Shown: positions 27,918 to 40,114 of the stretch, piece by piece | How positions within the stretch are numbered: position 1 is the stretch's first letter | Layout: the number at the start of each line of letters is the position of its first letter | Assembly: GCA_946803585.1 (NCBI GenBank) | Contig: CAMPEQ010000010.1 | Coordinates: 143,052 to 207,051 of the forward strand | Length of the DNA stretch: 64,000 nucleotides | Source: an uncultured Actinomycetes bacterium | Lineage (GTDB): Bacteria; Actinomycetota; Actinomycetes; S36-B12; UBA10799 | Reading direction: 5' to 3' | The notes under the pieces: model-generated | Seen by the model: only the letters and a program-made list of their open reading frames with translations | Database searches by the model: none | Told to the model about the DNA's origin: nothing | Made by a program: the position numbers and the translations under genes

Positions 27918-30047
27918 CTAGCTAGCGCGCGCCCGCCGTCGCAGGATGAAGGGGAAGGCGATTCCGGCGATAAGCAGACCCACCAGGCCAACCAGGATCC
28001 TCGGTAGGGTGTCTGGCTTGTTTGAGTTCGCCGGATCAAGCATGAACTGGAAAGCTCCGAACAGCGCATTCGTTGGCTGAACATACGCCGCGTACTCCTC
28101 AGGAATCGTATCGCTTCCGGCATCCAGAATCGCCTGACTGACGACGTTCAGATCCACCTCAGGAGCATCAACTGGTTGGTAGGCCGTATAGAAACCTCCG
28201 CCGTACGGCAGAGGAGAATCGCCCGCACGCATGACGAGACCGGCAAGCTCCGCCTTCAGACCATTGACAGTGCTGGCCACCTTCTTAAGGTCCTTCTTAG
28301 CCGTCACGGCCAGAGCCATGAGCGCGCTAATCAACTCCCTAGCACCGACCCCTAGCTCACTGAATCCTGATCCCAGGGTGCTCGCACCCGAACCAATCTG
28401 GGCAATATCACCAGGAATACCCTGCTTGATCTGTTGGATGCCGGCATCAATCGCACCGAAGATCTCACCGACGCCGTCCTGTAGACCACCGATCGCCGGT
28501 AGTAGCTCGACAGTTAAGAAGCGCTGCAGACCAATGAGTCGCTCGGTGATGCCGTCAATGGCACCCTGAACCTCCTCAAGCAGATCAGCCTCAAGATCTC
28601 CCACCGTATTGGGGAGTGCTTTGCTCACGCCATTAAGTGCCTGCTTGATTGTCTTGAGGCTCGAATCGACTGTGTCGAATCCAGCTAAGACGATGCCCTG
28701 GTTCACGAGGCACTGAGCGCCTTCTGCCGTGAACGGACCCTTGTTACAACTCGAGACCTTGGTATAGCTATTGGCCGAACCGGCCCAAGTATCCAATGCG
28801 CTCACGCCTAAGGCCGCCGCGTCGAGATCGGCTTGGAGGTCCTGAACGAGCTGGCTGTTGTTTCCCGTGAGTCTTAGTTTGCGAATCGCGAGACCGAGTT
28901 CGGTACTGGTCCGCTCAAGGGAGTCAATCACCTGCGGCAAGCTAGGCAGACCCGATCCGCCGCTACCGATCCCCAAGACCTTCTCGAGTCGCTTCACGGC
29001 CGCCTTAGTGTCGGAAACAGCACCGGGCAAGTCAGCCTTAATCGTGCTGATTCCGCCGCCAATGGTCTCTCCGAGGGCACCGAAGCCCTTGATCAGTTCT
29101 GCTCCACCAGCCGCGGCTGTCCCAACCCCACCGGCAATCGTGGAAGCCCCGGGCACGCCGGCTCCCCCGCCATCAGCTTTCGCTTGGGGTTCCTTACCTG
29201 AGGCCGGGATGTAGATCGGTGCGACGTTCATTGACATCGCCGGGATCTCGCCCTCGCCGTCAGGGATAACCGCGGTCCAGCCGAACTTTGCCTCTCCACT
29301 CTTGTTCAGCGGAGCGAACGGCAGTCCAACCCACTGAGTCTGGTAGTTCCCACGACCGTCCGCACCCGAGATTCCAGAGCCAGCGTTGTACTGTCCCCAC
29401 GACTGCGGGATCAACTGCATCGCAATCACGACCATCGGCTGGTCGGTGTCGATGGTCGTTGTCTCGACCTTGCCGCCGATCGTCTTGTAAGTGACTGGTG
29501 TCGACTGCTTCGTGTTGTTCGTGACGGTGTAGGTCGCACTCACTGTGCCACCCTTGCCGACGATGTCTTGGGCTTTCACTGGCTCGCCATCGAGGGTGAA
29601 CTCAGCCTTCACGGATGCACCCAACTGCTGATCCTGCGGGAACAGGTTGAGCGTCCGCGCGTTGTCGACCGCGTTGACGTCGTTGAAGTCATAAACGACA
29701 CCATCTTGCTCGGGCAGGGGTGAGGCGCCCGTGCCGGTGAGGCTTCGCAGTCCCGGCGCTGGTGACATCGGCAATGGGACGGCAGCGTTGATGCCATTAA
29801 GTGACTCGGCATTGATTTGGGTCACGTTCCAGCGGAAGTCGATCAGGTTTGAGTTCGGATCGCCATCGGCATCTGCGCGAACCTGCACGCTCTGACCGGT
29901 AAACGTATCAACGGTGGCTGGCGGTTGCGGTGCAGGAAGCGGGAACTCCTGCGCACTAGCCGATCCCATCGAAAGGCCCACCAACGAGGCCGCGAGGGCT
30001 CCGGCAATAGCCGCCCGGACAGTCTGGGTCTTTTTTCCGATCCTCAT
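27918..30047 (-). CDS. large exported, C-terminally membrane-anchored protein with Gly-rich linker and YhgE/Pip-like helical repeats
   Basis: Signal peptide (ALAASLVGLSMGSASAQE), a beta-rich domain of about 290 aa, a GGGAGVPG...GG linker, about 300 aa of L/G/I-periodic helical repeats, and a terminal TM plus RRRARAS. GGAGG RBS; the start overlaps the upstream stop (ATGA). Confidence 0.6.
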   Translation of the reverse strand: MRIGKKTQTVRAAIAGALAASLVGLSMGSASAQEFPLPAPQPPATVDTFTGQSVQVRADADGDPNSNLIDFRWNVTQINAESLNGINAAVPLPMSPAPGLRSLTGTGASPLPEQDGVVYDFNDVNAVDNARTLNLFPQDQQLGASVKAEFTLDGEPVKAQDIVGKGGTVSATYTVTNNTKQSTPVTYKTIGGKVETTTIDTDQPMVVIAMQLIPQSWGQYNAGSGISGADGRGNYQTQWVGLPFAPLNKSGEAKFGWTAVIPDGEGEIPAMSMNVAPIYIPASGKEPQAKADGGGAGVPGASTIAGGVGTAAAGGAELIKGFGALGETIGGGISTIKADLPGAVSDTKAAVKRLEKVLGIGSGGSGLPSLPQVIDSLERTSTELGLAIRKLRLTGNNSQLVQDLQADLDAAALGVSALDTWAGSANSYTKVSSCNKGPFTAEGAQCLVNQGIVLAGFDTVDSSLKTIKQALNGVSKALPNTVGDLEADLLEEVQGAIDGITERLIGLQRFLTVELLPAIGGLQDGVGEIFGAIDAGIQQIKQGIPGDIAQIGSGASTLGSGFSELGVGARELISALMALAVTAKKDLKKVASTVNGLKAELAGLVMRAGDSPLPYGGGFYTAYQPVDAPEVDLNVVSQAILDAGSDTIPEEYAAYVQPTNALFGAFQFMLDPANSNKPDTLPRILVGLVGLLIAGIAFPFILRRRARAS

Positions 30048-30667
30048 CGGTTGCCTCCTTGTGAGCCAGCGGATAGATCTGCGAGCGGCAAGTTAGCCGT
30101 CGCGGGTTCGGCCGGTGATGCCACGGCCGGGTCGTCAGTCGGTTCGGTTACCGGCGCGGCTGACTCTTTACCGGTTTGCGACGGAAGAAGCGTTTGGATG
30201 AGCGCGCCAGCGAGGTAGCCCAGACCCAACGGTGCGAGCACGCCGCCGATCGCGATCGGCAATGAATAGTTAATCGACTGCGGATCGGTAAAGAACGCCG
30301 TCGTGTAGTAGGCGGCCATAGAGCCCGAACCCATCAACATGGTCAGGAACGCCTCGGGCTTACGACTCCACATGGTGATGATTCCGGCAATCACGATCGG
30401 GAGGATGGCTCCGAGGAACACGCCAGTAGCAGTATCCGGGAAGAGCATGGCGCCCATTCCAAAGCCCAGTGCGCCGATCAGTACGCCGACAAAAAGGTAG
30501 ACAGCTCTGGAGAGCGCGACGCCACCGGGCAGGTAGGCCGCGACGGCACCAGATCCGATGATCACCCCGGCAAACTTCAGCGAGTCCTCGCCAAAGAAGC
30601 CCACACCCAATAAGAAGATCAAGCAGACGACGAATAACGCCCCCGCCAGTGCCCATACACGGCCCAT
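30044..30667 (-). CDS. polytopic membrane protein (about 6 TM) with Pro/Ala-rich cytoplasmic tail
   Basis: GAGGAG RBS before ATG 30667. Hydrophobic throughout. Translationally coupled to 27918..30047. Confidence 0.55.
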   Translation of the reverse strand: MGRVWALAGALFVVCLIFLLGVGFFGEDSLKFAGVIIGSGAVAAYLPGGVALSRAVYLFVGVLIGALGFGMGAMLFPDTATGVFLGAILPIVIAGIITMWSRKPEAFLTMLMGSGSMAAYYTTAFFTDPQSINYSLPIAIGGVLAPLGLGYLAGALIQTLLPSQTGKESAAPVTEPTDDPAVASPAEPATANLPLADLSAGSQGGNR

Positions 30668-30809
30668 CAAATACTCCTCGGTCACGCCCACATCACGTAG
30701 GCATACTTGTCTCAAGCCAAATGCTCAGGAAGACAACTGGAGGCGTGATGAACTCGCCACAAGTTGCTGTATGGAAAAGTAGTGGCACTCTTCGCCCGTG
30801 TCGCCGCAT

Positions 30810-30835
30810 TTGACAATTCTTTGCAAAATTGTCAA
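30810..30835. promoter_or_regulatory. AT-rich perfect palindrome, candidate operator/promoter element
   Basis: TTGACAATT-CTTTGCAA-AATTGTCAA (9-bp arms). About 145 bp upstream of the 30667 start. Reads TTGACA on both strands. Confidence 0.35.
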
Positions 30836-30945
30836 GAGAAGGGCCGCTGGTTTAGCTGGGCAAACAATGGCCTAGCGACGGCCGCGATACCCGAAGTCCC
30901 CTAAGCCCAAGGGAATTCGCCACAGGCGCCCGAGATAGGTCTCGA

Positions 30946-31353
30946 CTACTGGGGCGACGCCGCATTCTGCTCGCGAGCAGATTCTATCCCCATTCTTACC
31001 AACAGGAAGGGTAGGAATACGGTCGCAATCATCGTGACAATCCAAATGATCAAGGCTGCGAACACCCAGGTCGAGAATCCACTGACGGTCATCCCCGAGG
31101 CGAGCAGATTGGTGACTATCAATGCCACAAACACCGTTGCTAGTCCTATCCCGCCGAGTAGAGCGGGTGCGTTCTTACGGCTCGCCTTTACCAGGAATGG
31201 CTCCAGGATTGCTTGCACGACCGTAAAGATGACAACTACCCAAATGAAAGAGGTGAAGGTAATGGAGAAGCCGGTGAGAACCAAAGAGGCAACCAGAAGC
31301 CCGATCGCCACGGCTAGCAGCAGAATGACAGTACGGACTAGGAAACGAATCAT
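30946..31353 (-). CDS. phage holin family 4-like (four-TM) membrane protein
   Basis: 135 aa. MIRFLVRTVILLLAVAIGLLVA... and the four-helix layout resemble the widespread chromosomal 'phage holin family protein' class. Confidence 0.6.
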   Translation of the reverse strand: MIRFLVRTVILLLAVAIGLLVASLVLTGFSITFTSFIWVVVIFTVVQAILEPFLVKASRKNAPALLGGIGLATVFVALIVTNLLASGMTVSGFSTWVFAALIIWIVTMIATVFLPFLLVRMGIESAREQNAASPQ

Positions 31354-31500
31354 GTCTTCACCTTATTGCCCTAGCGCTTCCCGTCGCCACCAAAGCTGGT
31401 CCTATCGCTCACCTGGTCCCCCACCATCCCAGCAGTTGCAGTCACAGGATGAGCACTTCAGCAACCAAAACTAGGCAATGGCCTCACCCTCGGTGAAAGG

Positions 31501-32037
31501 ATGCGGCCTATGAGTACTGCATCTGCCAGGCCACCAGCGCATATCGCGCCCCTAGATGAGAACCACATCATCAATCAGGTAACGATCACGGTCTACGCGG
31601 CGATCACGCTGCTTGGTGTCGTCGCAGCAGCTTCCCTGAAGAAGTACGCGACGAGCGAGGGCGAGCTTATGGCTGTCCTCGTCGGCGCCTCCATCGCAGT
31701 ATCAGTGGCCCACTTCTGGTCTTCATTGATGGCACATCGACTCGTTCACCACACAATGCCCGACAGCGCGGAGCTGCGGCGAGAGGGGCAGATCGTCGGC
31801 AGCTTCTTCGCTGTCACTGGGGTAACCATCGGGGTAGTCTTCATCGCTGGACTCGTCGGCAAGGATTTCGAGACAGCAGTCCTCTTCGCAGAAATCGTCA
31901 TCATCCTGGGGCTATTCGTGCTGGGGCTTGCTGGTGCCCTCTGGGCGCGAACTGGTTGGCCGAAGGCGATCGCCTGGGGATGCCTAGATGCCGGCATCGG
32001 CGTGGTTATTGTCCTCATCAAACTGATCGTCGGGTAG
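31501..32037 (+). CDS. hypothetical integral membrane protein
   Basis: 178-aa ORF with 4-5 hydrophobic helices. The start may be ATG 31510. No motif recognised. Confidence 0.5.
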   Translation: MRPMSTASARPPAHIAPLDENHIINQVTITVYAAITLLGVVAAASLKKYATSEGELMAVLVGASIAVSVAHFWSSLMAHRLVHHTMPDSAELRREGQIVGSFFAVTGVTIGVVFIAGLVGKDFETAVLFAEIVIILGLFVLGLAGALWARTGWPKAIAWGCLDAGIGVVIVLIKLIVG

Positions 32038-32236
32038 CGCGATGGCGATAGCAGCGGTTCCTTCGCGACCAGAGACAAATTACGCCACAGAAATGTGTGC
32101 AATGCGTCACCAGGTGCGGTGCCTTTGACCCATGAGCACGTAAACTGACTCGGAATCGAACCAGTGTCAGCGGTTCGAGTACAGCAACCACGATTCAACG
32201 CGATTGCTGCCAACTCTTCCGACTTCAGGAGTTTCT

Positions 32237-32974
32237 GTGTCGTCCTCAAATAACGCGATGCTCAACCAGGTCAACGAGGCCCTCGCGCAACGTAACCCGG
32301 CTGCAACCGAGACCTTGGCGCTTCCCGACGTCATCGCGAAGACCGCAGCCTGCCTGGCGCTCGTACTCATCGCGGCCGTACCGGGTTGGCTCTTCTTGTC
32401 GGGCGCCTTCGTCCTCTACCTCGGCATCCTCATCGTCACGATGATCGTCGGCGTTGTGATGATGCGGAAAGCACCTGTGAAGCCCGCGCTGGCGCTGGGA
32501 TACTCCGCACTCCTAGGCCTCATCGTTGGAGCTTTCTCCAACGCCGCCGTTTCCTACGGCGGCAACGTCGCGCTCATCCCCCAAGCGGTTCTTGGCACCG
32601 CGGCTGGGACGGTCGCGGTGCTATTCGTTTACGCGACTCCTTTTGGAAAGAAGGCCAGTAAAGCCGGGAAGCTGTTCTTTGCGCTCCTGATCGGCTACTT
32701 CTTGATTGGGGTGGCATCAGCCATCGCCGCCATCTTTGCCGGGACGGGAGATGGCTGGGGTTTCTACGGGGTAGGCGGACTCGGGATTGCGCTTTGCGCA
32801 GTTGGCGTTGCCTTGGCAGCATGGTCGCTTCTCATTGATATCGGTTCGGCTGACCGCGCTATCAAGTCTGGTGCGCCGCGGTATTACGACTGGACATTCG
32901 GCGTCTCCCTGGCTGCATCCATCGTCTGGCTCTACCTCGAGCTGCTTCGCCTGCTGGCCATCGTTAACCGATAG
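32237..32974 (+). CDS. Bax inhibitor-1/YccA family membrane protein
   Basis: GTG 32237 gives VSSSNNAMLNQV..., matching the typical M-SSNP-L N-terminus. Seven TM helices. Confidence 0.75.
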   Translation: MSSSNNAMLNQVNEALAQRNPAATETLALPDVIAKTAACLALVLIAAVPGWLFLSGAFVLYLGILIVTMIVGVVMMRKAPVKPALALGYSALLGLIVGAFSNAAVSYGGNVALIPQAVLGTAAGTVAVLFVYATPFGKKASKAGKLFFALLIGYFLIGVASAIAAIFAGTGDGWGFYGVGGLGIALCAVGVALAAWSLLIDIGSADRAIKSGAPRYYDWTFGVSLAASIVWLYLELLRLLAIVNR

Positions 32975-33001
32975 CAGATCCGTCGAAGGTTCCCAGCGAC
33001 G

Positions 33002-34402
33002 ATGACTAGCCCAGTATCTGCCGAGGGCGGATCCACGAACGCCGTGAGCGCCTTCAGCGACGATGCGCTAGGAAGCGACGATTGCGTCGGGCTACTCGAC
33101 AGAATCGACCGCGGCGAGGTACATCCCGCAGAGCTACGCGCTGCGGCTATCGCCCGAGCACAAATGGCAAACCCTGCACTCAACGCTGTCGTGGAGTGGG
33201 TCCAAGACCCACCCGGCGCTAATGGAGCCTTTGCCGGGATCCCAACCTTCCTGAAGGACAACGAGGACCTGAGCGGTCTGCCGACAAGGTTCGGATCGAG
33301 CGCGACTCCGTCAACTCCGGCACTGCACACCTCACCCTTCGCCAAGCAACTTGATGGGATCGGGTTGTCCATCGTCGGAAAGTCGTCGCTACCGGAGTTT
33401 GGCCTCACCGCCACAACCGAGTCGCTCGAGTTTGGGCCGACTCGTAATCCTCGTAACCTTGAGCACTCGACTGGCGGGTCCTCAGGTGGTTCAGCAGCGC
33501 TCGTTGCCGCCGGAGTCGTACCGATCGCGCACGCCAACGATGGAGGTGGATCGATTCGGATTCCTGCCTCGTGTTGCGGGCTATTCGGGCTCAAACCGTC
33601 CCGCGGTCGCCTCCTAGCCCCAGCAGATATGGAACGTCTTCCCGTATCGATAGTGGCGCAGGGAGTCCTCACAAGGACGGTGCGCGACACAGCTTTGTTC
33701 CTCAACGAGATCCCCAAAGAAGCATCTTCGATGCCACCTATCGGGCATGTCCGCGAACCAGGGACAAATCGACTTCGAATCGGCGTCGTTGCGGACCCGA
33801 TGCCGGGGATGCCGCTAGATCCCGATGTTCGCCAAACGATCCTTGATACCGCGGACGAGTGCGAACGCCTAGGACACCAGATCGACGTCATCCCCTTCCC
33901 ATTCGATGATCAGTTCGGCCGCGACTTCCTACGCTACTGGGCAGCACTGGCCTTCTCCCTCGATCGTGGCGGGCGGCTACTGTTCGGTCAGGATTTTGAC
34001 TCCGAACAACTAGAACCGTTCACCAAGGGCCTGGCCGATTTGTGTGGGTCAGTCGCGCTAAGACTGCCGACAACTATTCGCCGGCTTCGCTCCTTCGCGA
34101 CTGTCTACGAGCAGACGTACCGAGACTTCGACGTTGTGTTGTCACCAGTCCTGGCCAGTCCGCCCCCGCCCATCGGATTCCTCTCTCCCGGAATCGACCC
34201 ACATACCCACCTGGTGCGATTACTTCAGTACGCGAACTTCACCGCGATTCACAACGTCGCCGGTGCACCCGCAGCATCCCTACCCCTTGGGGTGTCTCGC
34301 GACGGACTGCCGATAGGCGTTCAAGCGGCCGCCCATCGAGGCCAGGAAGCAACCTTGCTCGGGTTGGCCTACGAGTTGGAGGCGGCAGTCGGCTGGAAAT
34401 AG
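33002..34402 (+). CDS. amidase (amidase-signature family)
   Basis: GGSSGGSAALVAAG plus the upstream K and downstream S of the Ser-cisSer-Lys triad region (NDGGGSIRIPAS). Confidence 0.9.
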   Translation: MTSPVSAEGGSTNAVSAFSDDALGSDDCVGLLDRIDRGEVHPAELRAAAIARAQMANPALNAVVEWVQDPPGANGAFAGIPTFLKDNEDLSGLPTRFGSSATPSTPALHTSPFAKQLDGIGLSIVGKSSLPEFGLTATTESLEFGPTRNPRNLEHSTGGSSGGSAALVAAGVVPIAHANDGGGSIRIPASCCGLFGLKPSRGRLLAPADMERLPVSIVAQGVLTRTVRDTALFLNEIPKEASSMPPIGHVREPGTNRLRIGVVADPMPGMPLDPDVRQTILDTADECERLGHQIDVIPFPFDDQFGRDFLRYWAALAFSLDRGGRLLFGQDFDSEQLEPFTKGLADLCGSVALRLPTTIRRLRSFATVYEQTYRDFDVVLSPVLASPPPPIGFLSPGIDPHTHLVRLLQYANFTAIHNVAGAPAASLPLGVSRDGLPIGVQAAAHRGQEATLLGLAYELEAAVGWK

Positions 34403-35109
34403 CCGGGCATCATCTGGCGTCCGCTGGTCGTGCGTCCGGTTGCCATCTTGGTCCTCAGGCAAGCAGAGGTATCGCCCAGAATCGCCAACCCTTCACGGTC
34501 TCCGTGCCCGTAAGTCGTGATGTACCCACTGATCATCGGGTACATCAACTCGTCACGAGAATCAACGTGATCGAGTCCGACTACATGGCCCCACTCGTGC
34601 ATGAAGAGCTCTTTGCGGATCTGCTTAGGGTAGTTGCGCTTAGACCGCTTCTTCTTGAGCTTCCGATCGATCTCGATGTAGCCCTGGACGATCGTCTTTC
34701 GACCACCAGATTCCTCGTACCGAAATCCGCCCAAGCCAAGCGCACCAACCTGCGAGGGCTTCTTGCTGAATCGAATGCGAACGTCGGGCGATGATCGATC
34801 GCGGTTCAGCGCAACACCGAGTGCCTCCGATAGCTGCCTCGTGGCCTTCTTCATCACCTTCACGTCCCGGCGTTTACCCTTCTTCCAGTCCCACGTGATG
34901 GGCGCGCAAGGGTCCCAGCGAGCAGGGGTTCCATCCGGATTGGCCGCCATCCATTCCCATGCTGGTTGACTGCTGCCTGCACGATTAGAAGTAGTGACCT
35001 GATCAGATTGGGGCCCAGGACTCGATGCTGATGCGGCACCGACCCCTACAGCGCTAAGTACGCACACGGTTGCCAGGGCAGCGGCAGTAACCGGCGTTCG
35101 TGATGCCAT
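34369..35109 (-). CDS. secreted metzincin (matrixin-like) zinc metalloprotease
   Basis: GGGAGG RBS, signal peptide, HEWGHVVGLDH (HExxHxxGxxH). The 3' end overlaps the convergent amidase by 34 bp. Confidence 0.75.
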   Translation of the reverse strand: MASRTPVTAAALATVCVLSAVGVGAASASSPGPQSDQVTTSNRAGSSQPAWEWMAANPDGTPARWDPCAPITWDWKKGKRRDVKVMKKATRQLSEALGVALNRDRSSPDVRIRFSKKPSQVGALGLGGFRYEESGGRKTIVQGYIEIDRKLKKKRSKRNYPKQIRKELFMHEWGHVVGLDHVDSRDELMYPMISGYITTYGHGDREGLAILGDTSACLRTKMATGRTTSGRQMMPGYFQPTAASNS

Positions 35110-35250
35110 GACCACCTCCCGCGTGCAAACCGATTGCGGTGATGGCCAACGATCATTGACCACTCACTCACTCATCGGCAAACATCGGGAAATGCTTGAG
35201 CTCGCTAGTGAAACAACCGGGAGAGAATCGAGCGGTCCTTCCCTCGCGCC

Positions 35251-36060
35251 TCAGTCTGCTTGGGAGCTATGGCTGCCGACGCAGGAGGTTGTGGGCGCCG
35301 GCGGTAGGTCAGACACTGCGTGAAGGAGCAAGCCCCTAATTCGCTCGGTGTTCTGCGCGAAGAGCTCGAACACACGCTGTTCACTCACCCCAGCGCCGGC
35401 GATCAGGTTCGCCGAATAGTTCGTCACGAGTGCCAGCGTCGCGTAGCAGATTCCGGCTTCTCGAGCCAGCACGCTCTCTGGCGCAGCGGTCATATTCACG
35501 ATCCCCCACCCTTGCCTGGCGTAGAACTCCACCTCGGCCCGCGTTGAAAAACTGGGACCCTCGATGACAACAATCGTTGCCTCTTCTGTAGCAGCCCAGC
35601 CGTAGTCCCGACTCGTACGCAGCAGTGATTCTCGCAGCCCCGCGCAAAAGGGCTCGGCGAACTGAGCGTGGTGGGTCTGCTCATCAAACTCGTCGTAGAA
35701 CGTATGCGGTCGTGACCGAGTTTGGTCCACCAATTGATCCGGGACGACCAGGGCCCCTGGTGGCGTCGATTCACGTAACGATCCGCACGCGCAGGGAGCA
35801 ACGATCTGCTTAACCCCGAGTTCGGAAAGTGCAGCGATATTCGCACGGTACGGGATCCGGTGCGGTGGGTACTGGTGGCTTGAGCCATGCCGTGGCAGGA
35901 AAGCCACCCGTCGAGAACCCACCTGGGCGATCTCGATATCGCCGGAAGGTTCACCCCACTTGGTGGAAACGCTCACAGTTTCTAGATGGTTCTCGGTCCC
36001 CGGAGCGAACAAGGAGTAGAGCCCCGAACCACCGATCACTCCAACATCGGCCTGACTCAT
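35251..36060 (-). CDS. mtnP: S-methyl-5'-thioadenosine (or methylthioinosine) phosphorylase
   Basis: MSQADVGVIGGSGLY...FLPRHG...NMT pattern of the MTAP/PNP family. The ATG lies 2 nt after the upstream stop. Confidence 0.85.
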   Translation of the reverse strand: MSQADVGVIGGSGLYSLFAPGTENHLETVSVSTKWGEPSGDIEIAQVGSRRVAFLPRHGSSHQYPPHRIPYRANIAALSELGVKQIVAPCACGSLRESTPPGALVVPDQLVDQTRSRPHTFYDEFDEQTHHAQFAEPFCAGLRESLLRTSRDYGWAATEEATIVVIEGPSFSTRAEVEFYARQGWGIVNMTAAPESVLAREAGICYATLALVTNYSANLIAGAGVSEQRVFELFAQNTERIRGLLLHAVSDLPPAPTTSCVGSHSSQAD

Positions 36061-36062
36061 CG

Positions 36063-37391
36063 TCAACTCACCTTCTCCTGTCCGGAGATCTTGGCAGCCC
36101 ATTGCTCCGCGTTCTCGTGGATTGCATCCTCGTCGAACCCAATCAGCTCTCCGGAGGAGAGCTTGGCGACGCCATCAACCCAGACATCAGAAACCTGCTG
36201 GCGAGTTGCGGTGTACACGATCTGGGAGATCGGATCATAGATAGGTCGATTCGCCAACCCGTCCAGGCAGATTGCTGCGATATCTGCCCGCTTCCCCACC
36301 TCCAACGAGCCGACCTTGTGATCGAGTGCCAATGCCTTGGCTCCGCCAAGGGTGGCCAAATAGAGAGCCTGCCGAGCGGGAAGTGCGGCAGCATCGCGGG
36401 AGAATCCCTTGGCAACCAGCGCTGCCATCCGCAGTTCGGCAAGCATATCGAGGTCGTTGTTACTCGCAGGGCCGTCGGTCCCGAGACCTACGTTGATCCC
36501 AGCCCGCAGTAGCCCATCGACATCGCAAAAGCCGCTACCCAGTTTTAGGTTCGATTCTGGGCAATGAACAACATGGCTGTTCGCCTTCGCCACCATGTCC
36601 ATATCGTCGCCAGATAGGTGAACCATGTGAGCCGCGACGAGGCGGTCATTGACCAGACCGAGCCCGTCAAGGCGCCGCAACTGGGTCAACCCGTACCTGC
36701 CAACCGAGTCGGCGGACTCCCCTGACCCTTCATTGACGTGGGTGTGGACTGGTATCCCGAGTTGGCGCGAGAGCGCCGCGATGGTCGCCAGTGGCTCATC
36801 GGAAACGGAGTAGGGAGCGTGCGGGGCGAATGCCGTCGTGACTAGTTGACTACCAGCTAACTCGGTATGCAGCGCCAAGCCCTTTTCGATGCAGTCGGCC
36901 GCACTCGTGCTGTAGTTGTTCTCGCCATCGATACAGATGAGCCCCGCGACCATTCGAATCCCAGCCTCGTGCGCGACTTGGGCGGCGACCTGCGGGAAGA
37001 AGTACATGTCGTTGAAGCAGGTAACGCCCGCACTCAGCATTTCCGCAGCAGCCAGCGTGGTCCCGTCCCACACGAACCGCTCATCTACCCACTCCCCCTC
37101 TGTGGGCCAGATGTGATCGTTGAGCCAGGCCACCAACGGGAGATCATCAGCGAACCCCCGCAATAGCGTCATCGCCGCATGAGTGTGCCCATTCACCAGG
37201 CCCGGAATCAGCGCATGTTCGCTGAGTTCAATCCGCTCAGCAGGATCAAAAGTGCCCGCAACCTTGTCCGAAGGAGTCAGGGCGACGATCTCGCCCCCGT
37301 CGACTACCAGACTGTGTTCTGTCAGGACGAGCCCATCGGGAACGACCGGGACTATCCACCGGGCATCGATCACCGTGTCAACGCTGCGCAT
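36063..37391 (-). CDS. mtaD: amidohydrolase of the MTA/SAH deaminase (MtaD, TRZ/ATZ) type
   Basis: PGLVNGHTHAAMT metal site, HVNE and HC..S...L..GTDG motifs. 442 aa. Confidence 0.8.
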   Translation of the reverse strand: MRSVDTVIDARWIVPVVPDGLVLTEHSLVVDGGEIVALTPSDKVAGTFDPAERIELSEHALIPGLVNGHTHAAMTLLRGFADDLPLVAWLNDHIWPTEGEWVDERFVWDGTTLAAAEMLSAGVTCFNDMYFFPQVAAQVAHEAGIRMVAGLICIDGENNYSTSAADCIEKGLALHTELAGSQLVTTAFAPHAPYSVSDEPLATIAALSRQLGIPVHTHVNEGSGESADSVGRYGLTQLRRLDGLGLVNDRLVAAHMVHLSGDDMDMVAKANSHVVHCPESNLKLGSGFCDVDGLLRAGINVGLGTDGPASNNDLDMLAELRMAALVAKGFSRDAAALPARQALYLATLGGAKALALDHKVGSLEVGKRADIAAICLDGLANRPIYDPISQIVYTATRQQVSDVWVDGVAKLSSGELIGFDEDAIHENAEQWAAKISGQEKVS

Positions 37392-37403
37392 TCAACCGAC
37401 TGT

Positions 37404-37448
37404 AACGCCAGCAGCCACCAAACACATGGTTTGGTGCCTGCTGGCGTT
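37404..37448 (-). terminator. long hairpin downstream of katG
   Basis: AACGCCAGCAG-CCACCAAAC-ACATG-GTTTGGTG-CCTGCTGGCGTT, a near-perfect 45-nt palindrome 20 nt past the katG stop. Confidence 0.6.
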
Positions 37449-37467
37449 GATAGAGCTAACGTCAGGC

Positions 37468-40114
<2,647 letters not shown>

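Noticed and set aside
32140-32200. tRNA-like T-arm fragment (CGGAATCGAACC / GGTTCGAG)
   Set aside because: I could not build an acceptor stem, an anticodon arm or a complete T stem on either strand. It is probably a chance match or at most a tiny relic.
32932-33891. 319-aa ORF on the minus strand
   Set aside because: It lies entirely antisense to the amidase gene, which has a clear amidase-signature motif. Its Arg/Ser/Pro-rich composition is typical of shadow ORFs in high-GC DNA.
34369-34402. 34-bp convergent overlap of the amidase and metzincin 3' ends
   Set aside because: The overlap is real in the ORF coordinates, but such convergent tail overlaps are common in compact high-GC genomes. 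It is not evidence of regulation on its own.
34042-34794. 250-aa plus-strand alternative-frame ORF
   Set aside because: It overlaps the amidase 3' end in another frame and then runs antisense to the metzincin gene. The translation is low-complexity and Arg-rich.
35829-36512. 227-aa plus-strand ORF spanning the MTAP/mtaD junction
   Set aside because: It is antisense to two well-supported genes, with shadow-ORF composition.
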